DNA from: Saprospiraceae bacterium
Lineage (GTDB): Bacteria > Bacteroidota > Bacteroidia > Chitinophagales > Saprospiraceae
Length of the DNA stretch: 64,000 bases
Direction of reading: 5' to 3'
NCBI GenBank assembly: GCA_022844565.1
Contig: JALHLK010000007.1
Span: 12,050-76,049 of the forward strand
A program made the position numbers and the translations under genes. Position 1 is the first letter of the stretch. The number at the start of each line of letters is the position of its first letter. This document shows positions 19,330-29,900 of this stretch, one piece after another. The notes below the pieces were generated by a model. It searched no databases. It was given only the letters and a program-made list of their open reading frames with translations, and was not told where the DNA came from.

Positions 19330-19975
19330 GGCAAAATGGTTAAGGAGGTGTAGTTTTAAAGTTAAGGAGGTTAAGATTTTAAGTTAAATAAGGTTAAGTT
19401 TACTTGTGCTTCTTGTCATCCTTGACCATCTTAACTTCTCTTAATCTTTTTAACATTAGGACTAAGTGGTTAAGGAGGTCAAATTTTTAAGTTAAGTAAG
19501 GTTAAGTTTTCTTAAACATCTGATCATTCTTAACTATCTTAACTTCTCTTAACCTTTTTAAAATTAGGACCAGGTGGTTAAGGAGGTTAAGTTTTTAAGT
19601 TAAGGAAGGTTAAGTTTTCTTGCACTTCTGGTCATTCTTAACTATCTTAACATCTCTTAACCTTTTTAACACTGGGAAGGTTGAGGAGGTTGAGTTTTGA
19701 TGTACTTCTGGTAATTCTTAACCATTTTAACTCCTTAAAACTTTTTTAACATTGGGAATAGGTGGTTGAGGAGGTTAAGTTTTTAAGTTAAGTAAGGTTA
19801 AGTTTTCTTGCACTTCAGGTCATTCTTAACCATCTTAACTTCTCTTAACCTTTTTAACATTGGGAAGGTTAAGGAGATTAAGTTTTCTTGTGCTTCAGGT
19901 CATTCTTAACCATCTTAACTTCTCTTAACCTTTTTAACATTAGGACTTAGCGGTTGAGGAGGTTAAGTTTTTAAC
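19330..19975 (+). repeat. tandem array of 6 full + 1 partial hairpin-forming units (84-130 nt)
   Basis: Unit = GGTTAAGGAGGTTAAG... arm, ~22-nt loop, then CTTAACCATCTTAACTTCTCTTAACC arm and TTTTTAACA. Unit boundary markers sit near 19447, 19553, 19661, 19741, 19849 and 19929. No ORF of 60 aa or more on either strand. Confidence 0.85.
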
Positions 19976-20098
19976 TATTTACCTTGCAAGAGTACTATTA
20001 AAAAAAATAACATCATCTTAAGACTGGTAAAATTCTTTTTTTATCAGATCCCATTTAACTTTGCTCAATTATAAATCAAAATATTAAAATAAGTTATC

Positions 20099-20947
20099 AT
20101 GACAAAGAACATTTTTACGGTATTAATAGTATTACTCGTTTTTACAATGGGAAATACACAGATTAACACTCCACAAGCAAGTCCATTATCTACCATTACT
20201 CAAAAGGTAGGATTGGCAGATGTAAAAATTGAGTATAGCAGGCCTTCTTTGAAAGGAAGAAAAATGATAGGTAGCACATTAGTACCTTATGGATCCGTAT
20301 GGCGAACGGGAGCAAATGCGATCCCAAAATTAGTGCTTTCACATGATGTGATGATAGGTGGAAAAGATGTACCTGCGGGTACTTATGGATTGATCACTAT
20401 ACCAAATTTAAAAACTTGGACCATTATTATTACAAAAAATGCTGAACAGTGGGGTACATATGGATATAAAGTAGAAGAAGACTTAGTGAGATTTGATGCA
20501 AAAGTAGAGGCTTTAACTAAAAAAGCAGAGAACTTCACGATAGGTCTAACTGACCTAAAGGATGAAAGTGCTAATATCTATATAAAATGGGACATGGTAA
20601 GTGTGAAATTTCCTATAAAACACGACGCTCACAGCATAGTAATGAAAGAAATTGATCAAAAAATGCAAGGAAGTGATATAACTACGGACTCTTATTTTAG
20701 CGCTGCAGATTATTATTTTGATAAAGGTATTGAGTTAGAAAAAGCATTGCAATGGGCTAATAAAGTAGTAGAAGCTGACCAGAAATATTGGACATATTAC
20801 TTAAGAGGTAAAATTGCGGCTAAGCTTGGTAAATGCGATATAGCACTAGAAGATGCTAAAAAAGGAATCGAAATGGCTAAGGCTGAAAAAGATCCTGCAT
20901 ATGTGAAAAACCATCAAAAGGTGATCAATTCTTGTACTAAGAAGTAG
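20099..20947 (+). CDS. exported DUF2911-like protein with a helical (TPR-like) C-terminus
   Basis: Signal peptide, then ASPLSTITQKVGLADVKIEYSRPSLKGRK...VWRTGANAIPKLVLSHDV...GTYGL, recalled as the DUF2911 pattern. Confidence 0.65.
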   Translation: MTKNIFTVLIVLLVFTMGNTQINTPQASPLSTITQKVGLADVKIEYSRPSLKGRKMIGSTLVPYGSVWRTGANAIPKLVLSHDVMIGGKDVPAGTYGLITIPNLKTWTIIITKNAEQWGTYGYKVEEDLVRFDAKVEALTKKAENFTIGLTDLKDESANIYIKWDMVSVKFPIKHDAHSIVMKEIDQKMQGSDITTDSYFSAADYYFDKGIELEKALQWANKVVEADQKYWTYYLRGKIAAKLGKCDIALEDAKKGIEMAKAEKDPAYVKNHQKVINSCTKK

Positions 20948-21336
20948 GAAAGAAGGTAAAAGGCTAAGCCAATTTAAATGATATGGTTACAATAAAAACG
21001 TAGCATATTTTATATTAAATAATATCTTAAAATCTAAAATGGGTTCCAGAGTGAAAGTCTACCAAATAGAATATCATAAAAGGGATAAAAAGTGCAAAAA
21101 GTGAGCCAAACGCCTGATTTTGCAAAAATTTTGGACTGAAAAAGGAAATCCATTTTAGATTTGAAGGTAATACTAATAATGACTACTTCTTAGTTTTTGT
21201 CACCATTTTTGATACAAAAATGTCGCCAAAAGAATTGTGGTTTTTTGTTTTCCACGACCTGAAGGTCGCGGTAACTAAAATTATTGAATTTAACGAAGTA
21301 TAATAAACTCCAATACTGTTAAATAAATTTTTACAC

Positions 21337-21513
21337 ATGAAGGATTCGGAAATAATGAAAAGTGAAAACCAAAATTTGCAAGCTTGGGAAGAACCTGAAC
21401 CCACCAAAGAGGAAATATTAGCAGGTATAAAAGAGGCAATTGAAGAGGTAAAATTAATTAAAGCTGGGAAGTTAAAGGCAAAATCCTTAAGTGATTTGTT
21501 GAATGAGTTATAG
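21337..21513 (+). CDS. small (58 aa) antitoxin-like protein; possible orphan of a type II TA pair
   Basis: This ORF is below the track cutoff: MKDSEIMKSENQNLQAWEEPEPTKEEILAGIKEAIEEVKLIKAGKLKAKSLSDLLNEL. The C-terminal pattern resembles small Bacteroidota antitoxins found upstream of RelE/ParE toxins. Its stop overlaps an ATG that opens only a 9-codon ORF. Confidence 0.35.
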   Translation: MKDSEIMKSENQNLQAWEEPEPTKEEILAGIKEAIEEVKLIKAGKLKAKSLSDLLNEL

Positions 21514-21557
21514 CATTGTTGCAAATAATTAAAGCCTAAAGAAAATACTTCACGACC

Positions 21558-22490
21558 CTATATCCGCTCCGCCACAGAATACTCATTCCTTTCAGTAGCA
21601 TTGCGAGTGATCAATTCTGCTAAAAAGCCAGCTATAAATAATTGAACACCAATAATTATCGACAAAATTCCTAAGTAGAACAGTGGTCTACTTGCAATTT
21701 CAAAAGTAGAAAAGAGTATTTTACTTATCGAAAGATATAACAAGATGCAAAAACCTATGAAACTTAAGATTGTACCGATGGTACCAAAGAAGTGCATTGG
21801 TCTTTTTCCAAACTTACCCATAAACATAATGGAAAAGAGGTCTAAAAAGCCATAAATAAATCTCGATAAACCAAATTTGGTTTTACCATACTTACGTGCT
21901 TGGTGCTGCACCACTTTTTCGCCAATCTTATCGTATCCGCCCCATTTTGCAATGACAGGTATGTAGCGATGCATTTCTCCATACACTTCAATGTTTTTGA
22001 CAACATCACCTCTGTATGCCTTAAGGCCACAGTTCATGTCATGTAGCTTGACATTGGTCAGCCAACCCGTGACACCATTATATATCTTTGTGGGGATCGT
22101 TTTTGAAATAGGGTCAAATCTTTTCTTTTTCCATCCGCTCACGATATGGTATCCATCATTGATGATCATATCGTAGAGTTCAGGGATTTCTTCTGGGCTG
22201 TCTTGAAGGTCAGCATCCATCGTAATGACCACTTTGCCTTCGGTCACTTTAAATCCTTCATTTAAAGCCGCAGATTTACCATAGTTGCGAGCAAACTTAA
22301 TACCTTTAATGTTGGAATGAGAAGACTGGAGCTCTTTGATGACATTCCAAGAGTTGTCTTTACTTCCGTCATCTATAAATACGATTTCAAAACTTTTCTG
22401 CCATTTGTCAAAAACTCTGACTATCCATGCATGGAGTTCTCTCAATGATTCATCTTCGTCTAAAAGTGGTATTACAATTGATACGTCCAT
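21558..22490 (-). CDS. family 2 glycosyltransferase (polyprenol-phosphate sugar transferase-like)
   Basis: 310 aa. N-terminal VSIVIPLLDEDESL, DDGSKD and DADLQD (DxD) motifs, with two C-terminal TM helices. Confidence 0.85.
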   Translation of the reverse strand: MDVSIVIPLLDEDESLRELHAWIVRVFDKWQKSFEIVFIDDGSKDNSWNVIKELQSSHSNIKGIKFARNYGKSAALNEGFKVTEGKVVITMDADLQDSPEEIPELYDMIINDGYHIVSGWKKKRFDPISKTIPTKIYNGVTGWLTNVKLHDMNCGLKAYRGDVVKNIEVYGEMHRYIPVIAKWGGYDKIGEKVVQHQARKYGKTKFGLSRFIYGFLDLFSIMFMGKFGKRPMHFFGTIGTILSFIGFCILLYLSISKILFSTFEIASRPLFYLGILSIIIGVQLFIAGFLAELITRNATERNEYSVAERI

Positions 22491-22498
22491 CTGCTAGC

Positions 22499-23902
22499 TT
22501 AAATATGTAATGCTCTATTGTCCGTTGCAGCCAAAGCCGCTTCTTTTAAGGCTTCTGTGTAGGTAGGGTGGGGGTGGCAGATTCGTGCCATATCTTCGGC
22601 AGAAGCTTTAAACTCCATTAAGGCGACTGCTTCCATGATTACATCAGCTACGCGAGGACCGACCATGTGAACACCTAATAGTTCGTCTGTATCTTTGTGT
22701 GCTAAGACTTTGACCATGCCATCAGTATCCATACTTGCCCGTGCTCTTCCCAAAGCTTTGAAAGGAAATTTACCAACTTTGTAAGGGATACCAGCCTCTT
22801 TGAGCTCTAATTCTGTTTTGCCTACAGCGCTTACTTCTGGCCAAGTGTAGACCACACCAGGTATTAGATTGTAATCAATATGTGGTTTTTGACCTGCTAT
22901 CAGCTCTGCTACAAATACACCTTCTTCTTCTGCTTTGTGTGCTAGCATCGCCCCTTTTACTACGTCTCCTATGGCATATATTCCTTCTACATTGGTCTGT
23001 AGATGATGGTCTACTTCGATTCGACCTTTATCATCCGCTTTTATACCGGCATTTTCGAGTGCCAATCCGTCCGTATATGGTCTTCTTCCTATAGCTATTA
23101 AGCAGTAATCAGCTTTTATTTCTTTAGTCTCTCCACCATCTTTGGATTCAAAACTAACCGTTGCTCCCGTTTTAGATCCTTGGACTCCAGTTACTTTATG
23201 ACCAAAATGAAACTCCATTTCTAGCTTCTTAAGAGACCTTGTCAATTCTTTTGAGCAATCTACATCCATTGTTGGTAAGATTCTATCTTGAAATTCTATC
23301 ACGTGAATTTTTGTACCTAGTCTAGCAAAGACGCTACCCAATTCAAGGCCTATCACGCCACCACCTATGACTACCATACTTTTGGGTACTTTATTGATGA
23401 GTAGGGCTTCTGTGGAAGTAATTACCCTATTTTTATCATAATTCATAGTTTCTGGTGTAATGGGTTTTGACCCTGTGGCTATGATGGTTTTAGCAGTAGT
23501 TATTTCTTTAGTTGTACCATCTGCCGAAGTAACTAAAATCGTATTTTTATCTTTAAAAGAACCGACACCTGTAAAAACTTCGATTTTATTTTTTTTCATT
23601 AAAAATTCTACACCCTTGCATGTTTGATCTACGACTTCATTTTTGCGTTTGATCATCTGTGGCATATTGATTTTTAAGTCCTTAAGCTCTATGCCGTGCT
23701 CTGTAAATGTATGTGCGGCATTATGGTAATGTTCGCTGCTATCGAGTAGAGCCTTAGAAGGGATACATCCCACATTAAGACAGGTACCTCCAAGTGTATT
23801 GTATTTTTCTATTATGGCTGTCTTCAATCCTAACTGGGCACACCGTATAGCAGATACATATCCACCTGGGCCCGAACCTATTACTGTCACATCAAAATTC
23901 AT
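22499..23902 (-). CDS. lpdA: dihydrolipoyl dehydrogenase (E3)
   Basis: 467 aa. FAD motif GSGPGGY, redox-active disulfide GGTCLNVGCIPSK, and a C-terminal HPHPT(Y)TE interface motif. Confidence 0.95.
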   Translation of the reverse strand: MNFDVTVIGSGPGGYVSAIRCAQLGLKTAIIEKYNTLGGTCLNVGCIPSKALLDSSEHYHNAAHTFTEHGIELKDLKINMPQMIKRKNEVVDQTCKGVEFLMKKNKIEVFTGVGSFKDKNTILVTSADGTTKEITTAKTIIATGSKPITPETMNYDKNRVITSTEALLINKVPKSMVVIGGGVIGLELGSVFARLGTKIHVIEFQDRILPTMDVDCSKELTRSLKKLEMEFHFGHKVTGVQGSKTGATVSFESKDGGETKEIKADYCLIAIGRRPYTDGLALENAGIKADDKGRIEVDHHLQTNVEGIYAIGDVVKGAMLAHKAEEEGVFVAELIAGQKPHIDYNLIPGVVYTWPEVSAVGKTELELKEAGIPYKVGKFPFKALGRARASMDTDGMVKVLAHKDTDELLGVHMVGPRVADVIMEAVALMEFKASAEDMARICHPHPTYTEALKEAALAATDNRALHI

Positions 23903-23923
23903 ATTGCTATATTTCTATTATTA

Positions 23924-25501
23924 TTAGTTATTTGATTGATTATTGTTCTTGTTTCTGTTTTTAAACTTATTTTTATTAAACTTCTTCTTTGGACCGCCTG
24001 GTTGAGGAGGTGCCGAAGTGTCTGCATTGTTATTGCCAGTTACTGGAGCAACTTCGTTCGTTTTCTCTGTATTAATGGTTAAGTTTAGGTTCTTTTGCTG
24101 ATTTGGATTATGAGGTTGTTTAGACCCCTTTTGTTGGTTTGGATTGGTATTCTGATTTTCTGGTCTTTGATTAGGGTTGTTAGGCCTTGGCTGTTGATTC
24201 GGATTTGGTGGTCTTTGATTTGGATTATTAGGCCTAGGCTCTTGATTATCTGGAGTCTTTTTCTGATTAGGGTTATTTTGAGGCCTAGTATTCTGATTTT
24301 CTGGTCTCTGATTTGGGTTATTCGGTCTTGGCTGCTGATTTTGATTTCTACCTTGAGATTGGTCAGCAGATTGATTAGATTGAGGGGCTCTATTTTGATT
24401 ATTAGGTTTTTTCTTCTTTTTCTTGTTGCCTGAAGGCAATTCTATCACACCGGTCACATCAGCATATTCAAATTCTTCTTTTTCTGCGGCCTTTACTGGC
24501 ACTCCAAATTGTGATAAATCTTCAGGTTTTATACCTTTAGCATTCATCGCAAGGATTTCTTTTACCCTGTCTTTAGGTAGCGGATGGAATACACCCCTCA
24601 TGCTGATGTCTTCATAGGTATAGTACATGATCCCTCTAAAAATATCAGTTTTGACTAATAAAGCCCTACCTTTTTGGGTCATCAAAAAGTCAGCTCGATT
24701 AGGGAAGTGTTGTATAGCGTCCATATAACTGTCCAATTCATAATTGAGACAACATTTAAGGCGCCCGCATTGCCCCGAGAGTTTAATCTGATTGATCGAG
24801 ATATTTTGGTATCTTGCAGCAGATGTATTGACGGATCTAAAATCGGTCAACCAAGTCGAGCAGCAAAGTTCCCTACCACAACTACCTATTCCTCCAATTC
24901 TCGCGCTTTCTTGCCGTGAGCCAATTTGTCTCATTTCTATTTTGACCTTAAACTCTTTGGCATATTCTTTCACCAACTCTCTAAAGTCTACTCGACCGTG
25001 AGCAGTGTAAAAGAATGTAGCTTTACGCCCATCTCCTTGAAATTGGATATCACTTAACTTCATATCAAGCCCCATTGTATAGGCTATCGCTCTCGCTCTA
25101 ATCAATACTTGGTTTTCATTTTGTCTTAAGTGATCTAGTTTTTCTAAGTCTCTTTCGTTAGCTTTCCGAATTAATTTAGTTGATACACGCTCTGCTGGAA
25201 TTGATTTTTTCTTCAATTGCATTCTCACCAACTCGCCCATCAAACTTATGACACCCACATCATATCCTGTGGCTGCTTCTACCAAAACTGTATCGCCTGT
25301 AGCAAATTGCCCAGGATACTCATTGATATAAAACTCCTTATTGGCTCCATTTTTAAATGAAACCTCTACAAGATGATACTCTGTTGGATCTGATAGCTCC
25401 ATCGCATTGATCCAATCGTACGTATTCATCTTATTACATCCTCCTGTGGCACAATGGCCTTTATCTCCACATCCTCCCGGACTACAACTGGTACACCCCA
25501 T
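23924..25501 (-). CDS. PSP1 domain protein (RicT/YaaT-like) with a long low-complexity tail
   Basis: Cys-rich N-terminus, a PSP1 core (...GSCGRELCCSTWL...GQCGRLKCCLNYE...) and a ~170-aa N/P/Q-rich tail with repeated PRPNNPNQRPENQN units. Confidence 0.8.
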   Translation of the reverse strand: MGCTSCSPGGCGDKGHCATGGCNKMNTYDWINAMELSDPTEYHLVEVSFKNGANKEFYINEYPGQFATGDTVLVEAATGYDVGVISLMGELVRMQLKKKSIPAERVSTKLIRKANERDLEKLDHLRQNENQVLIRARAIAYTMGLDMKLSDIQFQGDGRKATFFYTAHGRVDFRELVKEYAKEFKVKIEMRQIGSRQESARIGGIGSCGRELCCSTWLTDFRSVNTSAARYQNISINQIKLSGQCGRLKCCLNYELDSYMDAIQHFPNRADFLMTQKGRALLVKTDIFRGIMYYTYEDISMRGVFHPLPKDRVKEILAMNAKGIKPEDLSQFGVPVKAAEKEEFEYADVTGVIELPSGNKKKKKKPNNQNRAPQSNQSADQSQGRNQNQQPRPNNPNQRPENQNTRPQNNPNQKKTPDNQEPRPNNPNQRPPNPNQQPRPNNPNQRPENQNTNPNQQKGSKQPHNPNQQKNLNLTINTEKTNEVAPVTGNNNADTSAPPQPGGPKKKFNKNKFKNRNKNNNQSNN

Positions 25502-25508
25502 TTATTTA

Positions 25509-26663
25509 TTATTGAATTGCAAAGTTAATGGTATTCACGTAGTTATTTATATTATTTTTTAAAATATCTCCAATCATTATCGTCTGTGCCATAAAAAGCA
25601 CCTTAAGATTGGCATTCCTACGTACCCCAAAAATCGTATTTTCAATGACTTCTGTAAATTTTTCTATCTTTGAGAAGTCCAAAAATTGCACTAAATTTTT
25701 TGAAACTATTAATTCTTTATCATTCAATCGCGGTCTTTGATTCGTAGCCATATAGTATGAATGTTCTCTTACAAAATGTAGGCAATAATGTAAAAAATCA
25801 TCAATTGTATCTTTATTGAGACCGCTCAATTGATTGACCAATTCCACCATGGCCACCGCATCACCTTTGAAAGCCACTCGTAGCCAATTGATGATCAATT
25901 CTGAGTAATCCGCATCATTACCTTGTACTATTTTTATTGCCTTTGCGAGATTGCCATCACTCAGCCTTACCACTTGATCGAGGTTGGTAATATTTCCAAA
26001 TTTAGTGGTTAGGTAAGCTATGATTTCTTCATCAGAAAATGCATTGACTCTCACCACTTGACATCGCGATAAAATGGTTGGCATAATCATAGATTGGTTT
26101 TCCGTCACTAAAAACAAATGTGTATTGTCCCTAGGCTCCTCGATCAACTTTAGCAATCTATTGCCCTCCTTACCCAAATATTCTGGCAACCAGATAATCA
26201 TAATCTTCGGCCCATCCGAAAACGCTTGCAGTGCCAATTTCCCCGCAATTTCTTGACATTCTCTCACATTGATATTGGGCTTGGTATTGGAGTCCATCGC
26301 CTTTGCCCAATCACCTTCTGTCAAGAAATAATTGTTCAAGATCGCATTCCGAAATTCTGCCATAAACGCATTGCTCGTCGTCTCCTCCCTTTTCAGATCA
26401 CCCTTTTTAGTCACGGGAAATGCAAAATGCAAGTCAGGATGCACCAATTTATGCGATTTGACACAAGCCGGACACACTCCACAACTGTCTTCTTGAGTAC
26501 GATTATTACAAAGCAAATATGATGCATAAGCCAAGGTTAATGGCAAACTAGCATATCCTTCATTGGATAAAAAAAGTTGCGCATGGGGTACCTTATCTTC
26601 TTGGACGAGTTGCCTAAGAAATGTTTTTTCTTTATCGTGACCGGGTATATCTTTGAAGTGCAT
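25509..26663 (-). CDS. holB: DNA polymerase III subunit delta'
   Basis: AAA+-like clamp-loader fold with a Zn module CGVCPACVK, and SRC (TILSRCQ) motif. I place the start at the internal Met (MHFKDIPGHD...) at 26663 because the first 32 codons of the listed ORF look non-protein-like. Confidence 0.8.
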   Translation of the reverse strand: MHFKDIPGHDKEKTFLRQLVQEDKVPHAQLFLSNEGYASLPLTLAYASYLLCNNRTQEDSCGVCPACVKSHKLVHPDLHFAFPVTKKGDLKREETTSNAFMAEFRNAILNNYFLTEGDWAKAMDSNTKPNINVRECQEIAGKLALQAFSDGPKIMIIWLPEYLGKEGNRLLKLIEEPRDNTHLFLVTENQSMIMPTILSRCQVVRVNAFSDEEIIAYLTTKFGNITNLDQVVRLSDGNLAKAIKIVQGNDADYSELIINWLRVAFKGDAVAMVELVNQLSGLNKDTIDDFLHYCLHFVREHSYYMATNQRPRLNDKELIVSKNLVQFLDFSKIEKFTEVIENTIFGVRRNANLKVLFMAQTIMIGDILKNNINNYVNTINFAIQ

Positions 26664-26902
26664 AATTAATGTAATGGTTTGGATTTGCAAAAGTTTTTGA
26701 TTAAAGGTAAATCTTAATTGACAAAGGTAAGGAAAGTTGATAATATGTGTATAAATCATAAAAATGAAAATTTAAACCATTGTAATCAGCTCAAAATTAT
26801 GCTTTGTTGATTTTATGAGTATTTTTTTATTAAAATAGATAAAATATTTATCTTTATGCGAGTAACTATTTTATTGACAATTATTTACGAAATTTTACAC
26901 TA

Positions 26903-29900
26903 ATGAAAAATATTTATCAAATTTTTATAATTATTTTTTCTATCTGTTTTTATTCAATTTCATTTGCACAAATCCAAATAGGCTCTGATATAAATTCAAC
27001 CTCTCCAATTAGCCAACTTGGTACAATTGTTAGAATGCCCGATAAGTTTACAATTGCAGTGGGAGCATTTAATGCAGGATATTGCAGAGTCTATAGATGG
27101 GATGGAATTGATTGGATTCAAAAAGGTATTGATATTCCAGCAAATACGAATGGGTCAGATTCGTATACTGATTATTTAACAATGCCAGATAGTAATACAC
27201 TCGCAGTATCAATTCCAAATGAAAATGGTGTAGGTATAAAAAGAGGCGTAGTTAAAATTTACACGTGGAATGGAAATTCTTGGTCTGCTAAGGGCGATAA
27301 TATTTTTGGTGAATTCGATTACCATCTCTCTGGTAGTTATATTAGTATGCCTGATTCTAATACAATTTCAATTGGATCAAGATATAGTGGAGGAGCAAGA
27401 ATTTTTAAGTGGCAAAATGGAGTTTGGATAAAAAAAGGAAACACAATAGATGTAGATTGGGGACAAACAGTTGATATGCCAGATAGTAATGTCGTAGCTG
27501 TAAGTTCGTACTATGTCTCTAATTTTAATAATTCAGAAGGGAGAACCAAAGTATATATATGGAATGGCAGTGATTGGAGTTTAAAAGGATCTGAAATTAT
27601 TGGCGATCCATATCAAAAAGAATTTGGGAGATCCATTATTATGCCTGATTCAAACACCATTGCCATAAGTTCAATAGCAAATACTCCTACAATTGAGGCT
27701 AGAACCACTATTTTTTATTTTAATGGTTCAAATTGGGTTAAAAAGGGATCTACGATCAACGATGAAGAAATTTATGATTCCTACGTAAATTCTATTTCAA
27801 TGCCGAACAGTAACACTATAGCTATTGGTTCAGATTATAGTTCAGAAGGAGGTTTCGCTAGGGGGCAGGTTAGAATTTTTGAATGGAATGGCTCTTCATG
27901 GGTGAAAAGAGGGAAAGATCTACAAGGTAGACTTGACTATGAAAATTTTGGAAGATCGGTTAGTATGCCAACTAATGATGTTATAGCTGTTGGAGCTTTT
28001 AGAAACTATGAAAGATTCACAGAAGGAGGACAAGTAAAAATTTTTGAATATGGTCTAAATCAACCTCCTCCATCAGGAGAATTATTGGTTATAAACAGCG
28101 AATGTTCTAATTGTAATTTATCAGGAGGAAGTGTAAGCTTGGGGTCAGTTTCCACATTAATGGGCTCAATCGAATTTTCAGATAGTTTGCTTCAATGGTC
28201 GCAATCCCTACCTACTTATTATCAAAATGGAAAGTCTAGAGTTATCTATGCAAGATCAAATTATAATGGTAAATATAGTGATATCGTGAAGGTTGGTTGT
28301 TACGAACCTGGAAGTTGTAGAGTTCCGGAGCCACCTATAGGAGCTTTGGAAACTCAAGACGGTAATTGCATAAATTGTAATTCTATCGATGGATTAGTTG
28401 AGATTGGTACTCTAGTATCAAATGAGGGTATTATTCAATATTCTTTTGACAATGGTAACAACTGGATTAAAAGAATACCTAAATATGAGGAATTAATAAA
28501 ATATGAAAATATTATTGCATCTGTTGTTGATTCTTTTTCGAACTGCATTTCAGAACCTTTAATTGTAGCAAGTAAATTTCAAATTAATCGAAAAGGCAAT
28601 GAATTAACAAGTTTTTTTTATGATAAAAAATTTGGGGAAGTGGTTGAATTTCCTGATAAAAATACTTTAGCAATTACAACCCCTGGATTAAATAAAACGA
28701 CAGTTTATAAATTTGTAAATAATGAATGGATTCAAAAAGGTTCTGATTTCTATGGGAATACTTATATTTCGATGCCAGATTCGAATACAATTTCAGTCGG
28801 AAATAGTGTTTTTATTTGGAATGGTGAATTTTGGGTACAAAAAGGTAATCAAATTGATTTATTAAATTATGGGTACACATTTTCAGAAATGCCAGATTCG
28901 AATACCATTGCTTTTACCATTTTTTACTATAATTTTGAGATTGGAGATTTTAGTCGTGAAATAAAAGTTTACAAATGGGTTAACAACGAGTGGATTCAAA
29001 AAGGAAATAAAATTCACTTAAGTAAATCAGGAAACTATAGAAGTGTTATTACTATGCCAGATTCAAATACCATTGCGATTGGTATTTCTGGTAATTCAGA
29101 ATATTTTTATTATGGTGGTTTAGTAAGAGTTTACATTTGGAACGGAATTGAATGGGTTCAAAAAGGTTCTGATTTATACGGAGTTTCAAATGAAAGCCTC
29201 GGCAGGTCCATAGATATGCCAAACAAAAATATTCTAGCAATATCAGGAGGTGGAAATGTAGGTCAATCTACTCCCTCTACTTATATTAAAATTTTATACT
29301 GGAATGGTTTTGAATGGATTTCACAAGGAAATATAAACGGTCGTAAAGAATTAGAATACTTTTCGGCTGACGAAAGTGGTAGCTCCACATTGAGCATGCC
29401 CAACGAAAATATTATTTCCTTCACTTCTAGGCATAAAAACGGATCAAGTATTTATTTATATCGATATAACAAAAATAATTTCATTTGGGAGCAATTTGGA
29501 ATTGATAATTTAGGAATTGATATTGAAGTTGATAACGTTTTAATTTCAGACGATTTAAATATTGCTGTAGGGTCTCATAGAATTAAAGTTGATTTTGGAG
29601 AAATTGGGAAGGTAAATGTTTATAGTATAGATGAACTTGGTACTTGTCCCGACACCTGCTCACAAGATACCATCTCTCAACTCACCTGCCAAGCCGAAAT
29701 CAACCTAAGCCTAGATTCCACATGCAGAATTTCAAATATAGAAAATATTTTTCTCACGAGCCAAGGATATTTACCTTCTACACATTCGTTATCCTTTTCT
29801 ACTTTGAACGATGAGGTTGTTAATAGATATGACTTAAGCTCATATTTAGGTCGAAAAATTAAATACACCATCACCCATCTTCCAAGTAATAATTCTTGTT

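Noticed and set aside
19330-19975. CRISPR array interpretation of the hairpin repeat cluster
   Set aside because: The inter-repeat segments are variants of one another rather than unique spacers. Unit lengths (84-130 nt) do not fit repeat-spacer periodicity, and no cas genes are in the window.
21183-21524. 113-aa minus-strand ORF
   Set aside because: Its translation is not protein-like. The opposite strand carries a more plausible 58-aa ORF, and the 5' part overlaps a dispersed repeat region.
26664-26759. 32-codon N-terminal extension of holB in the ORF track
   Set aside because: The extension (MIYTHIINFPYLCQLRFTFNQKLLQIQTITLI) does not look like part of a delta' subunit. The conserved N-terminus begins at MHFKDIPGHD.
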